Positions 51,446 through 64,000 of a stretch of 64,000 nt of DNA are shown piece after piece. The stretch is from Bispira polyomma (Eukaryota). The notes under the pieces are model-generated. The model ran no database searches and was not told where the DNA came from. It saw only the letters and a list, made by a program, of their open reading frames with translations. The stretch spans positions 42,036,001 through 42,100,000 of the forward strand of contig OZ287752.1 of NCBI GenBank assembly GCA_965649765.1. Direction: 5' to 3'. Position 1 is the first letter of the stretch. Every line of letters begins with the position of its first letter. The translations under genes and the position numbers were made by a program.

Positions 51446-52147
51446 AAATTAAAATACAAGTATCAAAAGCCTATGGTTTTTTTATGCCTAAGGATTATTG
51501 ATATCAAGATAATTAAACTCAAGTCATACATATGCAGCCTTGTCTTGTGTTTTGGGCTTCTTGTAAGTGTTTTTTTATTTATCCTAAAATGTCACTCTTT
51601 GAACAAAAATCATCTTTTTATTCCAGCATTACTGCTTCCTTTTAGCGGAGCAAGAGATTTTGTTTAAATACCAAAAGCCTATGGTTTGTTGAGGAAAGGT
51701 TAAAATTAAAATACAAGTATCAAAAGCCTATGGTTTTTTTATGCCTAAGGATTATTGATATCAAGATAATTAAACTCAAGTCATACATATGCAGCCTTGT
51801 CTTGTGTTTTGGGCTTCTTGTAAGTGTTTTTTTATTTATCCTAAAATGTCACTCTTTGAACAAAAATCATCTTTTTATTCCAGCATTACTGCTTCCTTTT
51901 AGCGGAGCAAGAGATTTTGTTTAAATACCAAAAGCCTATGGTTTGTTGAGGAAAGGTTATTCATTACTTTGTATTTGAGTCAAACTAAGGTGCTGTGCTG
52001 CGTACGAATTCAAATTTAAATACCAAAAGCCTATAGTTTGTTGAGGATTATTGATATCAGGATAATTAAACTCAAGTCATACATATGCAGCCTTGTCTTG
52101 TGTTTGTGCTTTTTAAGTGTTTTTTCATCCTAGAATGTCACTCTTTG
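51446..52147 (+). repeat. 257-bp tandem duplication (two identical units plus a partial third)
   Basis: 51446-51702 equals 51703-51959 (identical ORF translations at 51473 and 51730); diverged partial copy at 52015-52147. Confidence 0.95.
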
Positions 52148-55100
52148 TTAATGAGATTTATTGTTGTCTAGTTTCTATAAACTAAATTCAATGTTAGTTT
52201 GCCATTCTAGCTGTGCCAAAGAGGTTGAGCTCAAATGGAATTTTTCATTACATTTAGTAACAATCACAATGATCCTGTGATGTCAGTTCTGTATATTAAA
52301 ACATTTATGTTAAATACTGTTTAATAGTCAGTATTGTAAACTAATCCACAGTACACAGTATACTAAACTTTACTTTTAGATATAAATGCAAATCTTGCTG
52401 TCAAGAAAATCAATTAATGCAGATTGCAAAATATATGTGAATATTATGTAAACAACGTGTCAATGTTGATTTTATTATTCTTTCCTTATGATTCCGAATT
52501 TATCTTGGTGTAATCAGATGCCAGTATTTACGTAAATACAGTTTTGTCTGATTTGAAAGTAATTTCCATGACATGTGTATGAATGGTTTGAGCGAGGGAA
52601 CAACCAACCTGTTCACCTTATGTCACTTGTTTATGACACACAGTGTTTTCATTAAATGGATGCCAAGGTGCTTACGGATTCTGAAGTTAAACGAAAATTA
52701 AGTAAAAGATATTAGTCTGAATCATGTGTTTTCAATGGATTAAATCAATATTATAAAAGTTAATGAAGTAGTCCAGTAAGCTTTTAGCAAAAGCATCTGC
52801 CAGAATTGCAGCTGTAATCAAAATCCACAGGGTGTTGCATGATGTATAAATATATCATATGGTGGGGTCATTAAATACTTACCTCCATCAAGGAGGTCAT
52901 GTTTATGTCCTTGTCTATCAGTTTGTTAATTGAGAGGGTTATTCAAACCCTACTGAAATTACTTTGATGAGGGCTAGGGCATGGGTCAAAGAAACCATTA
53001 AAACCTAAACCCAGAGATTCTTAACATGAGGGGCTGTTTTGCAAGAGGTCTTGTGCAAAGGAAAGAGAATAGGACTTTATAAAAACAGGAAAAAATCTGG
53101 CTTGACATGCCTTAAATCTGCTTCCATAGAGTTCCAAACTTTTAATGAAGTTTCTTTGTGTTAGGATTTTTTCTTGGTTATATTAAATGTACAACTTCTC
53201 AAAAACAAAATATTACCATCAGGTTCAATGCATTGGCTTGCACTCATAGTAACACACTTTGTCTTCACCAGCGGGTGTAGTGTCTTTTGCACAAAAGCAG
53301 ATTGCTTATTGACAGATTAATAAAATATATCTTTTTAATTGTAGGCAAGCACCAATATATTAATGGTAATATTATAGTAATATTAACAAAAGCAACTGCA
53401 AAAGGGTGTAATCTACCACACATATCACCTTTACATCTTACTATTCATATTATTATGTTAACAAATAAAAACATGTATTGACAAACATTGTGTAAATTTT
53501 GGCAGAATAAAATTTCACAAACAATTCCACAACTTTTAACTATTTTGCTGCAATTTGTCTTTACTATAAATCCTTTTATATATTGACTGATTCCTACATA
53601 TTTCACATTAAGTCACAGTTTTCATTGACACTGGATTCACAAATCTAACCTATATAATCTAATGCTGCAGTGTGAAAGTAGCAAGTGATTAAAATTCTGG
53701 TGACATATCCAGACAGGCTGGAGATACTCACTCAAATGGCAGGCTTAATATGTTTTTTAGAATTAAAGCAAATCTCCATAGGCTTGGCAGATACTTAAGA
53801 GAGTCTTCTTGAGTATATGTACTGTGGTAAATTGCCCCAAGATCGTGTGGGTGGAATGGAATGTGTCACAAGAAACACAGGGATTTTTTTATTCCGGAGA
53901 AAAAAAATGTTTTGGCCTTGTTTTGTCTTTTAGATATACCCGAACCATTGATTATAGGCAAAGTTATTAATTGTACAGATTCAATTATTTATTGCACATG
54001 ATCACCATTATCATACTGGTCAATTTTACAGCCACAGGTCATGAAAGGTCAGATACATGTGACCTTGGAGAGAGACAAGGTCAATGACAACACTCTCTTT
54101 AAAGTAAGCAACCAGATGTGCACAAATATTAGCAATGGCATTTCTATAATAAGTTGTATTTATGATTGCATCATCTCAGCAAATTATGTTATAGGAGTTT
54201 AAATCAGGTTACTGATTGCATTTATTTTCCGAAAGTTACAATTTAATATTAGTAGCACCACATCATGATTAGTTCTATATTTACCAGTGTAAGCATGGAA
54301 AAAGTCTAAATCACTGAGACATGGAAAAGAGTCAAATCACTGAGACATGGAAAGGAGTTATGTTCACTTTTCCCCATTTTTATGGGACTTCCAAAGATTT
54401 TGGTTACAGGATGGAATTGTTTTTTTCCTGAGGCCATCATTTGAATATGAAGTATATTTAAGTACAAAGATGTCAGCAAGGAATATTTACCAACTAGCTA
54501 GACTCCCAAGATCAATTTAGAAAGAGAAAATCCCAGACATAACATATGTGATTATAATACCCTGCACCTCAAACAGCCCTGAGATATGGAGACAAATGAT
54601 GGGCTGAAGGATAATGTCAAAACTTAAACTGACAAGATTCTATTTTGTAAGATTAAAGGTAGATTGTGTCATTTTACAGGAGTCTATATTTAAGTTATCA
54701 GTGTTTGTCTTTAATTTAGGTTTAGTACATCAAGGCTGCAGTAAAAGGGACTCCAGAGAAAGGCTTAGTGTGGGTAGCACAGCATTTTTGTCCTATGGCT
54801 CTAAGCAAATTTCATTTTACAAAGTAAAGCAATTTCCCTTTACTAATTATAGAAAAAAGTGTCACAAAAGAGAAGACTTTGCTTTTCTTCCATCTGTTTA
54901 AAATGAAACTGTATTTTGTCTAAGGATGAAATTTTTGTTTTCTATGCTTGTAAAATAAATTTACGTTACAAGCCATTAGAAAACGGCATTGCATCTGTCC
55001 ATACTTGCCTTAAACTTAGAAGGTGGACAGGGTAAAGCCTTTGTTACATTGTTTGACAGAATAATTTCAGAATACAGAAATAGTAATAAATGTAATAAAT

Positions 55101-55453
55101 ATTGGGCATTGCTCATCTTCCGCAAAAAAATTCAACCTTTTCAGTGTTTCATAGTAACAAATTTGTATATGTCAAACAGTATATATCTTTCCAACACCTA
55201 AAACATCAACGTTACGTCTGACCTCAACATGAAACTTAGAGATATTTTAAATAACCTTTATTTTAGTTTGACCTTAGCCAAAATCTCACAAATTTTTAAA
55301 GACGGTGTTTATCATAAACAATGTCTCCTAATTGATCAACATTCGAGAATTCTATTAAAACTACTTTTGCAAATTTTCAAGGTGAATTATAAACTTGTTC
55401 AACCATTTATTTCATTTAGTGCATTCTGTTTCTCCTGCGTTCTTGGTGAGTCC

Positions 55454-55697
55454 AGGGGCCGCGGTGGCCTAGTGGTTAGCAAGCATTGCGCTTTACAATC
55501 ACTGGTCTCTCACCTCTGGGCGGCGTGAGTTCGAATCCCGTCGATGCCTATGTGGGAAAGGTGGTAGTTCCTTACTGTGGGCCGCTGGTTTCAGTGCAGA
55601 ACCTTGATCAACTGTATGCAGTGTTTTCTCCAGCATTTCCAACTACCTGTCCCAATATAACCTAAACAGGTACTAGAGTGGACGTTAAATATCCCAA
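55454..55697 (+). mobile_element. Young tRNA-derived SINE with 14-bp TSD
   Basis: ggggccgcggtggcctagtggtt (A box), gttcgaatccc (B box). TSD ttcttggtgagtcc at 55440-55453 and 55698-55711. Empty site in the paralog at ~61925. Confidence 0.92.
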
Positions 55698-55784
55698 TTC
55701 TTGGTGAGTCCTTTGTAAGGAGCAGGTATGGTAGGTTTAAATCGATAGTGTATTCTTATACTCTATATCACTGTGAGTAAATCT

Positions 55785-56010
55785 GGAGGCTTCAGTGGTG
55801 TCTTGAAAAGACACTCGCCTCCCACCTCTGTAGTTATGGGTGAGAATATCGACCATGGCATGTATATGGGAAAGTTGGCAGTAGACTCACAAAAGGCAGA
55901 TGGTTTACAGAGAAGAAACCCTTGAACTTTGACCCTGCTCTGATTTCCTCCACCAGTGAACTGCCCCTTGTGGTGTGACACAAGACTCGTTGGAAGCGAT
56001 GTTAAACAAA
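55785..56010 (+). mobile_element. Older tRNA-derived SINE (paralog 62020-62240)
   Basis: atgggaaagttggcagt...ggttt...tttcctccaccagtgaactgcc...gcgatgttaaac; resembles the Meta-type SINE body (inference). Confidence 0.7.
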
Positions 56011-57629
56011 ATGGAAAGCAATTCTAGTTAAACTTGAGTCAATATGTACTTCGTTTCTTTTTTTATATGGTGGTACAGGATACAATCATGTGTGGATAAA
56101 ACAGAATCACTTTTTATTTTACAAGAATCCGAATATTTAGAGACAAAAGATTCAGAGAGCTGAGGGATGAAAGCATGTCCGGATAACAATGGTAAAATTA
56201 AAGTTTTATTCGCCGAAGTTTGCACAAAATAATTTTAACTCATGCAATAAATAGCAATTTACAGCTACAGCTAGCTATTATATGTTAATACTAGGTTTAC
56301 CTCTTATTCTTAAGATCAATAACACAGAGAAAACCACAAAATCCAGAAAAAAATTTAGAGATCTCAATTTTCTATACTGTCACTGTTAGGTACATAGTGT
56401 AACAGTTTATCACAGATAACATCTGATATTTTTTTTTTTTATTTGTATAAATTTTTACTCACTTTACAAGAAATCTCATCATGCATATATATATACAGAG
56501 AAGCTGATATGAAGCGTTTACTACAATATTGACATGATACACCATTTAGATTAACTGCCATCTCTGATAAGCATTACATACAGCAACAGTTAACTAGGTC
56601 GGAAAATATGACATCATGGGCCACCTTATTTATGACATAGCTTTGGCATTGGCACAGATTTAGAAAAATTAGAACAGATCATATGCTTATAGGTTTTTCA
56701 CTGGAAGATTATTTGACTGTATAATACTCGTTTTATCATGATGTCACAGTTTTGTGGTAAGTTTGGTAAAAATGACACTTAGTAATTTTTAACTGTGTAA
56801 AATTTAGTTACAAAATACCCACTGGACTATTTAGAATATTCGAATATGCAAGGACTTTGTGTATTATTATTTTTTTAATTATTGTTAAACATTAATCTTG
56901 AAAATTTAAACTGTTGTCCTTACGCGGAGGTGGCCTCTCTATAGCGTCGATCTCTCAAGCAGATTTGACTGTATGTCATATTTGTGACATTAAAATAGTA
57001 AAATATCAACCTAATAAAACTAATTAGTTGTAAGAAGACAATCTAGTTTGATGTGTTTTACTGCATTGCATTGCAGTTTTACAGTTAGAAATTGAAAAGA
57101 GTCTCTACCTAACAAAGGCTAAGTCTTTATCCAATTGGATTGTACATCGTGTTGTAAGGAAATGGAATTGGAATAGAGTAGGGCCCCCTGGAGTGGTAAA
57201 ATAGTCAATGGCATTTAGAAGTGCACATTATTAAACAAGTGGACCTTTTTAAACCAGTAAAACAGTCTAGTCTTTAGCTCTATGAATAAGGTTTCTTGGG
57301 GGGGCTTGAATCCATTTACAACCTCTACTGTTATTTGTTCTTACAATCACTTTTAATATACACCATTGAGACCGGGGATTTTTATATCTTACTAATCCAA
57401 TAGGATTAATGCTGTCCCTGCAAATGTTCTACTTCGTGTTTTTTTAACTTGGATAAAAACAGAATTACACAAAAACTGCAGAACCGATGGACATGAAATG
57501 AGCCGAGTGGATGGATCATAGGCCACAGAAACGCCCTTTGAATTTTGTATTGGATCTATGATGATGTTTTTACTTGTTAGCACTTTGCTGATTTTGTTGA
57601 GGTATGTACTCTACTGAGTGTCATTCTAG

Positions 57630-58175
57630 TTTATAATATAATAATAATAATTAAATCATTTATAAAATGCCAAAATTATTGACATCCTCTAAGGTGCTAA
57701 TATCCAAAAAGGGAAAGTCCAGGGGCAAGCAAAGAAAGGGTGAATAAGGAGGTGGGTAGGCCAGGTTGAATAGGTAAGTTTTCAGATGGCTTCTGAAACC
57801 AATAGTTTTATTCTGTTGTCTGACAGTGTGTGGAAGTTTGTTCCATTCAACAGGAGCCGCAACGGCAAAACAGTGCCTACCAATTTTTTAGTCTTGTTGA
57901 GGAGACAAAGAGGCTGTTTCTCCGCTTAAGGCTACTAGATTTGCTAAGCGAGGACAGATAAGGAGGTTGGTTGAGTTTCATAGCTTACAACTAAAGAGAA
58001 AGTGTTGTTCAACAGGTAACCAGTAGGCTTTCTTTAGGTAGAGTGAGACATGGCTAAATGTGTTAAGCTTGTACACAATATGGCAGAGGGAATTTTAGAC
58101 TCTATGGAGCCTTGTTATGTTCATCTTATTTATACAATACAGCAAGGACTTGCAATAGTCTAGCCGGCTGGTAAA
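57630..58175 (-). mobile_element. L2 LINE 3'-end relic
   Basis: Minus strand reads SRLDYCKSLL..RLHRV*NSS..LK..YWLPVEQ..FAVAAPVEWNKLP; (TTA)n tail at ~57632-57650. Confidence 0.7.
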
Positions 58176-59764
58176 ATAAAATAAATAATAGCTGTATTGG
58201 TAAAAGTAGTAGTTATTAGACACGATCAGTAATATGAATCAATTAAAATAATGCACCCATTTCCAAACATGTTAGTCAGATTAACTAATATATATTTTCC
58301 ATACTCAAAAGCCTTTCGTTCAAACCAGCACGACAACTGGGCCAACATACTATTCTGTCTATTACCTTAGGGGTATATTAGCGTACTGGGTATACAGAGT
58401 CTGAGGCTTATGGAAACAAGGAAATCCTAGACACACATGCACAGCTCACTAAAAGATTTCCGAGGTCCACTGTATTTATGTAATTTAATGATGCATGCAA
58501 GTACATACACAAGCAGCTGCTCTGATGCATGTCTCTCTTCTAAAGCATCAATACTTACTTAAGTACACATTTTAGGAATAAGGTGGATGTCAAATACATC
58601 TAAAACACACTGAAGGTTTAACAATCTAATCTAATCAAACTTTTATAGCGCTCAATCTCCATTAAGGTGAATATATCATTACCATTTTTAGTCTCGTAAT
58701 GTCCTTTTCCAGAAGGTAGTCGTTTCCCAGGAGACGCTGGAATGAATATGTTACTAGGGAAGGAAAGAATATTAGGAAAAAATTAAATTCATATGTTTAC
58801 CACAATTTGGCAAAATAAGACTGGTAGCTAGTACTGCTGTATGTAAGCATTTATATATATTCATTTAAAGTTGGGTGTTTCATAATTTTGATGATGCGAC
58901 AACATTATTAAAAAAATACCTTTTGCAAATATTGCTTAAGTGTACATTTTCATCAAATTTTGGGAATAGAGAAAAAGCCCTCTGGAATAAACACTATTCT
59001 GTGTCCTGGAACTTTTACGTCTAAACTACTGACTGAGTTAGTTGGAGAATGCTGCATTGTTAATGTTTTGTAAGACATAACTCAAAGCCCAGTGATTCAT
59101 TTACCCATTTGAGGAAAATATCCCATGTGACAAGGGAGACAGGACCAAGGGAAAAACTCTCAAGGAATGTTTGATAATTATTGAGATCAAACATTTAACC
59201 AATTCACAGCAAAATAATTGAATGACATGAATAAACTGCATAATTGACAGCATCTCATCTATTTAAGGTATATCAGCCAATATGCACTCTAAAAATTGCT
59301 CAAGGCCACACTTTTGTGCATTTTTTGATAATGGATGTAATATGCTTCTAAACCTGTTATGTCTGTGGCAGTGTTTAGAAAAAAAATCAAAGTGGTCGTT
59401 TAAAAACTGGTCTAAAAGTGGAGCAAAGTGTGGCTTGTCTGGATTATAGATTCAGAGGGCGAGGCAGGATATAAAACAGATAGTCAGGAACAGCTGACAA
59501 ACATGTGGAAGAAGTAACTTCAGGACTCACTGTCACTGTAGGCTAGTAGCTATTATACTTCCTTTAGAACACCATGGAACCTGGACTAGATCCAAGATAG
59601 AAGTAGAAACAGATATATAGTGGTTCTATCGGTATTATTCTGGCATCAGGTCCTATGACTCCTGTCCCTAGTGTAGGTTAAAGAACCTTGGGGATGACAG
59701 GCTATCGAAGATGGCCATTTACATTGTATTTAAATTTGTATGCTTAGCACATTATCTGGTCTTA

Positions 59765-59822
59765 TACTGGACTGTCAGTAATAGGGTATATAATTATATA
59801 CCCTATTACTGACAGTCCAGTA
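59765..59822. repeat. Perfect 58-bp palindrome
   Basis: tactggactgtcagtaatagggtatataa|ttatataccctattactgacagtccagta. Confidence 0.97.
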
Positions 59823-60584
59823 ACACATCCAACAAAATTTACTAACTGTAATTCCCCTACTACAGACAATTTAGGTGTGTAGGCTCTGTAACCTGCCATT
59901 GGAGATAGGGCCCATTGACAGAGGATTGTCATTGTAATTGGCCTCCTATGGAATTTTTTATCATGTTTAGTAAAAATCACAATGATCCTGTTATGTCAGT
60001 TCTGTATGTTAAAACATTTATGTTAGATACTGTTCAATAGTCAGTATTGCAAACTAATACACAGTAAACAGTATACTAAACTTTACTTTTAGATATAAAT
60101 GCAAATCTTGCTGTCAAGAAAATCAATTAATGCAGATCTCAAAATGTATGTGAATATTATGTACCAAAAGTGTCAATGTTGATTTTATTATTCTTTCATT
60201 AGGATTCCGTATTTATCTTGTTGCAATCAGATGCCAGCATTTACGTAAACACAGTTTTGTCTGATTTGAAAGTAATTTCCATGACATGTGTATGAATGGT
60301 TTGAGCGAGGGAACAACCAACCTGTTTACCTTATGTCACTGGTTTGTGACCCACAGTGTCTTCTTTGAATGGATGCCAAGGTGCTAACAAATTCTGAAAT
60401 TAAATGAAAATTAAGTAAAAGATATTACTCTCAATCATGAATTTTTAATGGACTGACTGTATTATAAAAGTCAGTTAAATAGCCAAGTAAGCTTTTAGCA
60501 AGAGCACTTGCCAGAACTGCAGCTGTAATTAAAATCCAGAGGATGTTGTATGATGTATAAATATATCATATAGTGAGGTCATAA

Positions 60585-60925
60585 AATACTTAATAATCAA
60601 AGAAGTCATGTTTATGTCCCTGTCTGTTGGGTTGTTTATTAAGAGGGTTATGCAAACCGTACTGAACTAACTTAGAGGAGGGCTAGGGCATGGGTCAAAG
60701 AAACCATCAAAATTTGTTACAGATCCGGCCGGATAAAGCAATGCATATTGGGTATTGACTGTGTATTTAATGTGTATTTACCTGATGCTTAAAAACTACT
60801 ACTACATGGGTGTGTTGGTAAAATAAGTTATTTAGCCACTTTTTGATATGCTATTAGATGGCCAAGTTTGGCAGGTCTAGGCGATGTTCTACCCATGGTG
60901 GAGGTTTGTACTCTATTGGGTGCCT
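60585..60925 (+). mobile_element. Non-autonomous DNA element relic (Crypton-V/Helentron-like; partial paralog 52877-53000)
   Basis: tacctccatcaaggaggtcatgttt start (52880), gatccgg core, catggtggaggtttgtactct end (subterminal inverted repeat). Family assignment is from memory of similar repeats. Confidence 0.4.
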
Positions 60926-63900
60926 GTGTCACCCCTTGCTCAGACATTGCCATTGAAGAACAATTAAACCTAAACCCAGAGTTTTAAAATTAGGGGCTGT
61001 TTTGCAAGAGGACTTGTGCAAAGGAAAAAGAATACCCTTTACTTCAAACAGCCCCGAGATATGGAGACAAACGATGGACTGAAGGATAATGTCAAAACTT
61101 AAACTGAGAAGATTCTATTTTTTGTGTTATTTTACAGGAGTCTATATTTAAGTTATGACTGCTTGTCTTCGATTAAGGTTGAGTACATCAAGGCTGCAGT
61201 AAAAGGGACTCGAGAGAACGGCTCAGTTTGGGTAACTTTTTTTCATATGGCTCAAAGCAAATTTCATTTTACAAACTAAAGCAATTTTCATTTACTAATT
61301 ACAGAAAAAAGTGTCACAAAAGAGAAGACTTTTTTTTTTCATCAGTTCAAAATTAAACTGTTTTTTGTCTGAGGATGAAATTTTTGTTTTCTATTTTTGC
61401 AAAACAAATGTATGTTACAAGCCATTAGAAAACGACATTGCATCCTGTCCATAGTTGCCTAAATTTAGAAGGTGCACAGAATAAAGCCTTTTCTTTTAAA
61501 TTGTTTGACAAAATAATTTTACAATACAGAAATAATAATAAATGTGACAAATATTGATGTCAATGCCACCAGGGCATTGCTCATCTCCCGCAAAAAATTC
61601 AACCTTTACAGTGTTTCATAGTAACAAATTTGTATATGTCAAACAATATATATCTTTCAACAACTAAAACATCAGCATTATCTCTCCTCTGACCTTAACA
61701 TGTAACTTAGAGATATTTTATATGACCTTTATTTTACTTTGACCTTAGCCACAATCTCACAAATTTTTAGAGACGGTGTTTATCATGTAAAACATCTCTT
61801 AATTGATCAACATTCAAGAAGTCTATTAAAACTACTATTAGATTTTACTTTTGCAATTTTTTCAAGGTGAATTGTAAACTTGTTATAATATTTGTTTCAT
61901 TTAGTGCATTCTGATTCTCGTGTGTTCTTGGTGAATCTTTTGTAAAGAGCAGGTACAATAGGTTTTAATCCATAATTTATTCTTATACTGTATATCACTG
62001 TAAACAAATCTAGAGACTTTAGACATGTAGTGTTAAGACACTCGTCTCCCATCTCTGCAGTTGTGGGTTCAAATATCGGCCTTGGCATGTATGTGGGAAG
62101 AGTTGACAGAAGATTTGCAAAGGGCAGGTGGTTTACAGATAGGAAACCTTTGACCTTCTACCCTGCTCTGATTTCCTCCACCAGTGAATTGCCAATTGTG
62201 ATATTACACAACACTAGTTGAAAGCGATGTTAAACTAAACAATAAGCAAATCTAGTTGAACTTGAGTAAATATGTATTTGACTCCTTTTACTTTTAGTTT
62301 TAGGTACGGGATACAATCTTGTCAGATTTTTAAGGTCATTGTCAACTATATTTAAATATCTAATGATGCATGTAATTAGATACACAAGCAGCTGCTCTGG
62401 TACATGTGGCTCTTGTTAAACATGTATACTTATTTAGGCACACATTTTAGGAAATAAGTGAATCAAATCTAAACATGAATATGTAACTAGGGAGGGAAAC
62501 AATACCAGTTCACATGTTCACCATAATTCGGCAAAATAAGACTATCTGGTAGCTAGTATGCTATATGTGAGCATTTATATATATTCATTTAAAGTTTGGT
62601 GTTTCATAATTTGGATGATGTGACAAGATTATTGAAAAAATGCCTTTTCCAAATATTGTTTAAGTGTAATATTTTCATATATTTTTGTAAAAGGGAAAAA
62701 AGCCCCTTGGAATAAACACCATTCTGTGTCCTGGAACTTTTATGTCCAAACTACTTATGGAGTAAGTAGGGGAATGCTACATTGTTAATGTTTTGTAAGA
62801 CATCACTCAAAGCTCAGTGATTCCTTTACTCATTTCAGGAAAATATCCGATATGACAAGGGGGACAGGAGAAGGAGAAAAACTCTCAATAAATGTTTGAC
62901 ATGCATTTAAATCAAGCCTTTAATCCATTCACAGCAAAATAAATAATGACATGATTCAAGTGCAGAATTGACAGCATCTAATCTATTTTGGATATATCAG
63001 TCATTATGTAATCTTGTGATTGCTCAAGGCCACACTTTTGTAAATCTTTTGATGATGCAATAGTAATGTGCTTCTAAACCTCTTATGTCTGTGGCGGTGC
63101 ATAGGAAAAAGTCAGAATGGTTGTTTAAATACTGGCCTAAACGTGGAGCAAAGTGTGGCTTGTTGGGACTATAGATTTAGAAGGCAGAAGGGGGGCACGA
63201 TGTGAAATAGATGGTCAAACACGGCTGAAAAACATGTGGAAAAAGTAACTTTAAGACTCTGTCACTGTGTAGTAGTAGCTAGCACACTTCCTTTGGAACA
63301 CAGTGGAACTTGGGCTAGATCCCAGGTAGTAGTGGAAACAGATAGATGCTTGCTCTTGGCCATCTGTCATCAGGTCCTATGACTCTGTCCCCAGTGGAAG
63401 GTTAAAGAACATTGGGAATGACAGCCTATCTAAGATGACCATTTACTGTTATATTGTATACAAATTTTTATACTTAGCATGTAATCTGCTCTTGAAAGCC
63501 CTATTTACCCTTTTCTTGACAGTCCAAATACACACCCAACAAACACAAGTGACTGTCATTCCCCTAACTGCATACCTTTTATCAACGTCCTCTAGGTTAT
63601 TTAACCTTCCATCAGTGATAGAGCCTATTGACACCGTATAGTCATTGTAAGTGATCATCTGAGCCACTTAGTACCGCCTGTATGTGGCCATCAAAGTCTG
63701 GGATCGAACCTTGGTTCTACATCTTTCTGACAGATTTGTTACAGTGACAGTACCACCTGCCAGTGGAAACAAAGAAAATAGTTATTGTTGGCTGTAACTC
63801 TGCAGCCAACTAAAGGTTATTCAGGTGTTCTTTTTTCATTCTAGAATGTCACTCTTTGAACAGAATTATTTTTTTATTCCTTTTAGCAGAGCAAGAGATT

Positions 63901-64000
63901 TTGTTCGTGTTAGAATTATATACTGTGAGTCACTGCCACTAGTGAAATAACTTCTCCACAGCAGAATCCGTGCTATGATTTAATTATGAACCCAAAGGTG

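Larger units (their letters stand above)
49400..63905 (+). repeat. Segmental duplication family 2: copy 1 ~49400-56050, copy 2 ~57155-62300, partial copy 3 ~62338-63905 (matches 50095-51660)
   Basis: Shared collinear blocks: gtcaatggcatttagaagtgca (49457/57204), ggaataaacac.attctgtgt (50400/58984/62709), ttgctcaaggccacactt (50711/59296/63020), gaatggtttgagcgagggaacaaccaacctg (52581/60294). Confidence 0.88.

Noticed and set aside
51473-51924. Duplicated 64-aa hydrophobic ORFs as a peptide gene pair
   Set aside because: They are explained by the exact tandem duplication of T-rich DNA; the frame is not kept in the third unit or the paralog.
55455-55545. tRNA gene
   Set aside because: It has an expanded anticodon region, is followed by a SINE body and is flanked by a TSD.

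Overview
AT-rich, repeat-dense eukaryotic DNA, probably a marine invertebrate (inferred from the SINE, L2 and Tx1 content). The centrepiece is a near-complete tyrosine-recombinase retrotransposon of the Ngaro (DIRS order) type at 5894-13090, with gag, RT/RNase H and YR. Its split direct repeats are arranged A1...B1-A2-[~780 bp spacer]-B2. The window holds at least five more Ngaro-family remnants. Comparing the copies shows: (i) a structured GC-rich segment in the A2-B2 spacer, conserved with compensatory changes; (ii) a conserved phase-1 splice donor in gag that joins in frame to the ATG-less YR ORF; (iii) arrays of a TAAGGTRRCCTTA-like palindrome in the B repeats; (iv) an empty paralogous target site that fixes the TSD-less crossover; (v) a 5'-truncated Ngaro 3' module flanked by an 11-bp TSD. 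The window also contains a 5-exon host gene on the minus strand, missed by the ORF track (~289 aa, signal peptide plus 2-3 TM helices). The rest is L2/CR1 and Tx1 LINE fragments, tRNA-derived SINEs, MITEs, a solo LTR and two families of local segmental duplications that appear to contain a decayed long ORF. All calls are by eye; no database search or folding was run.
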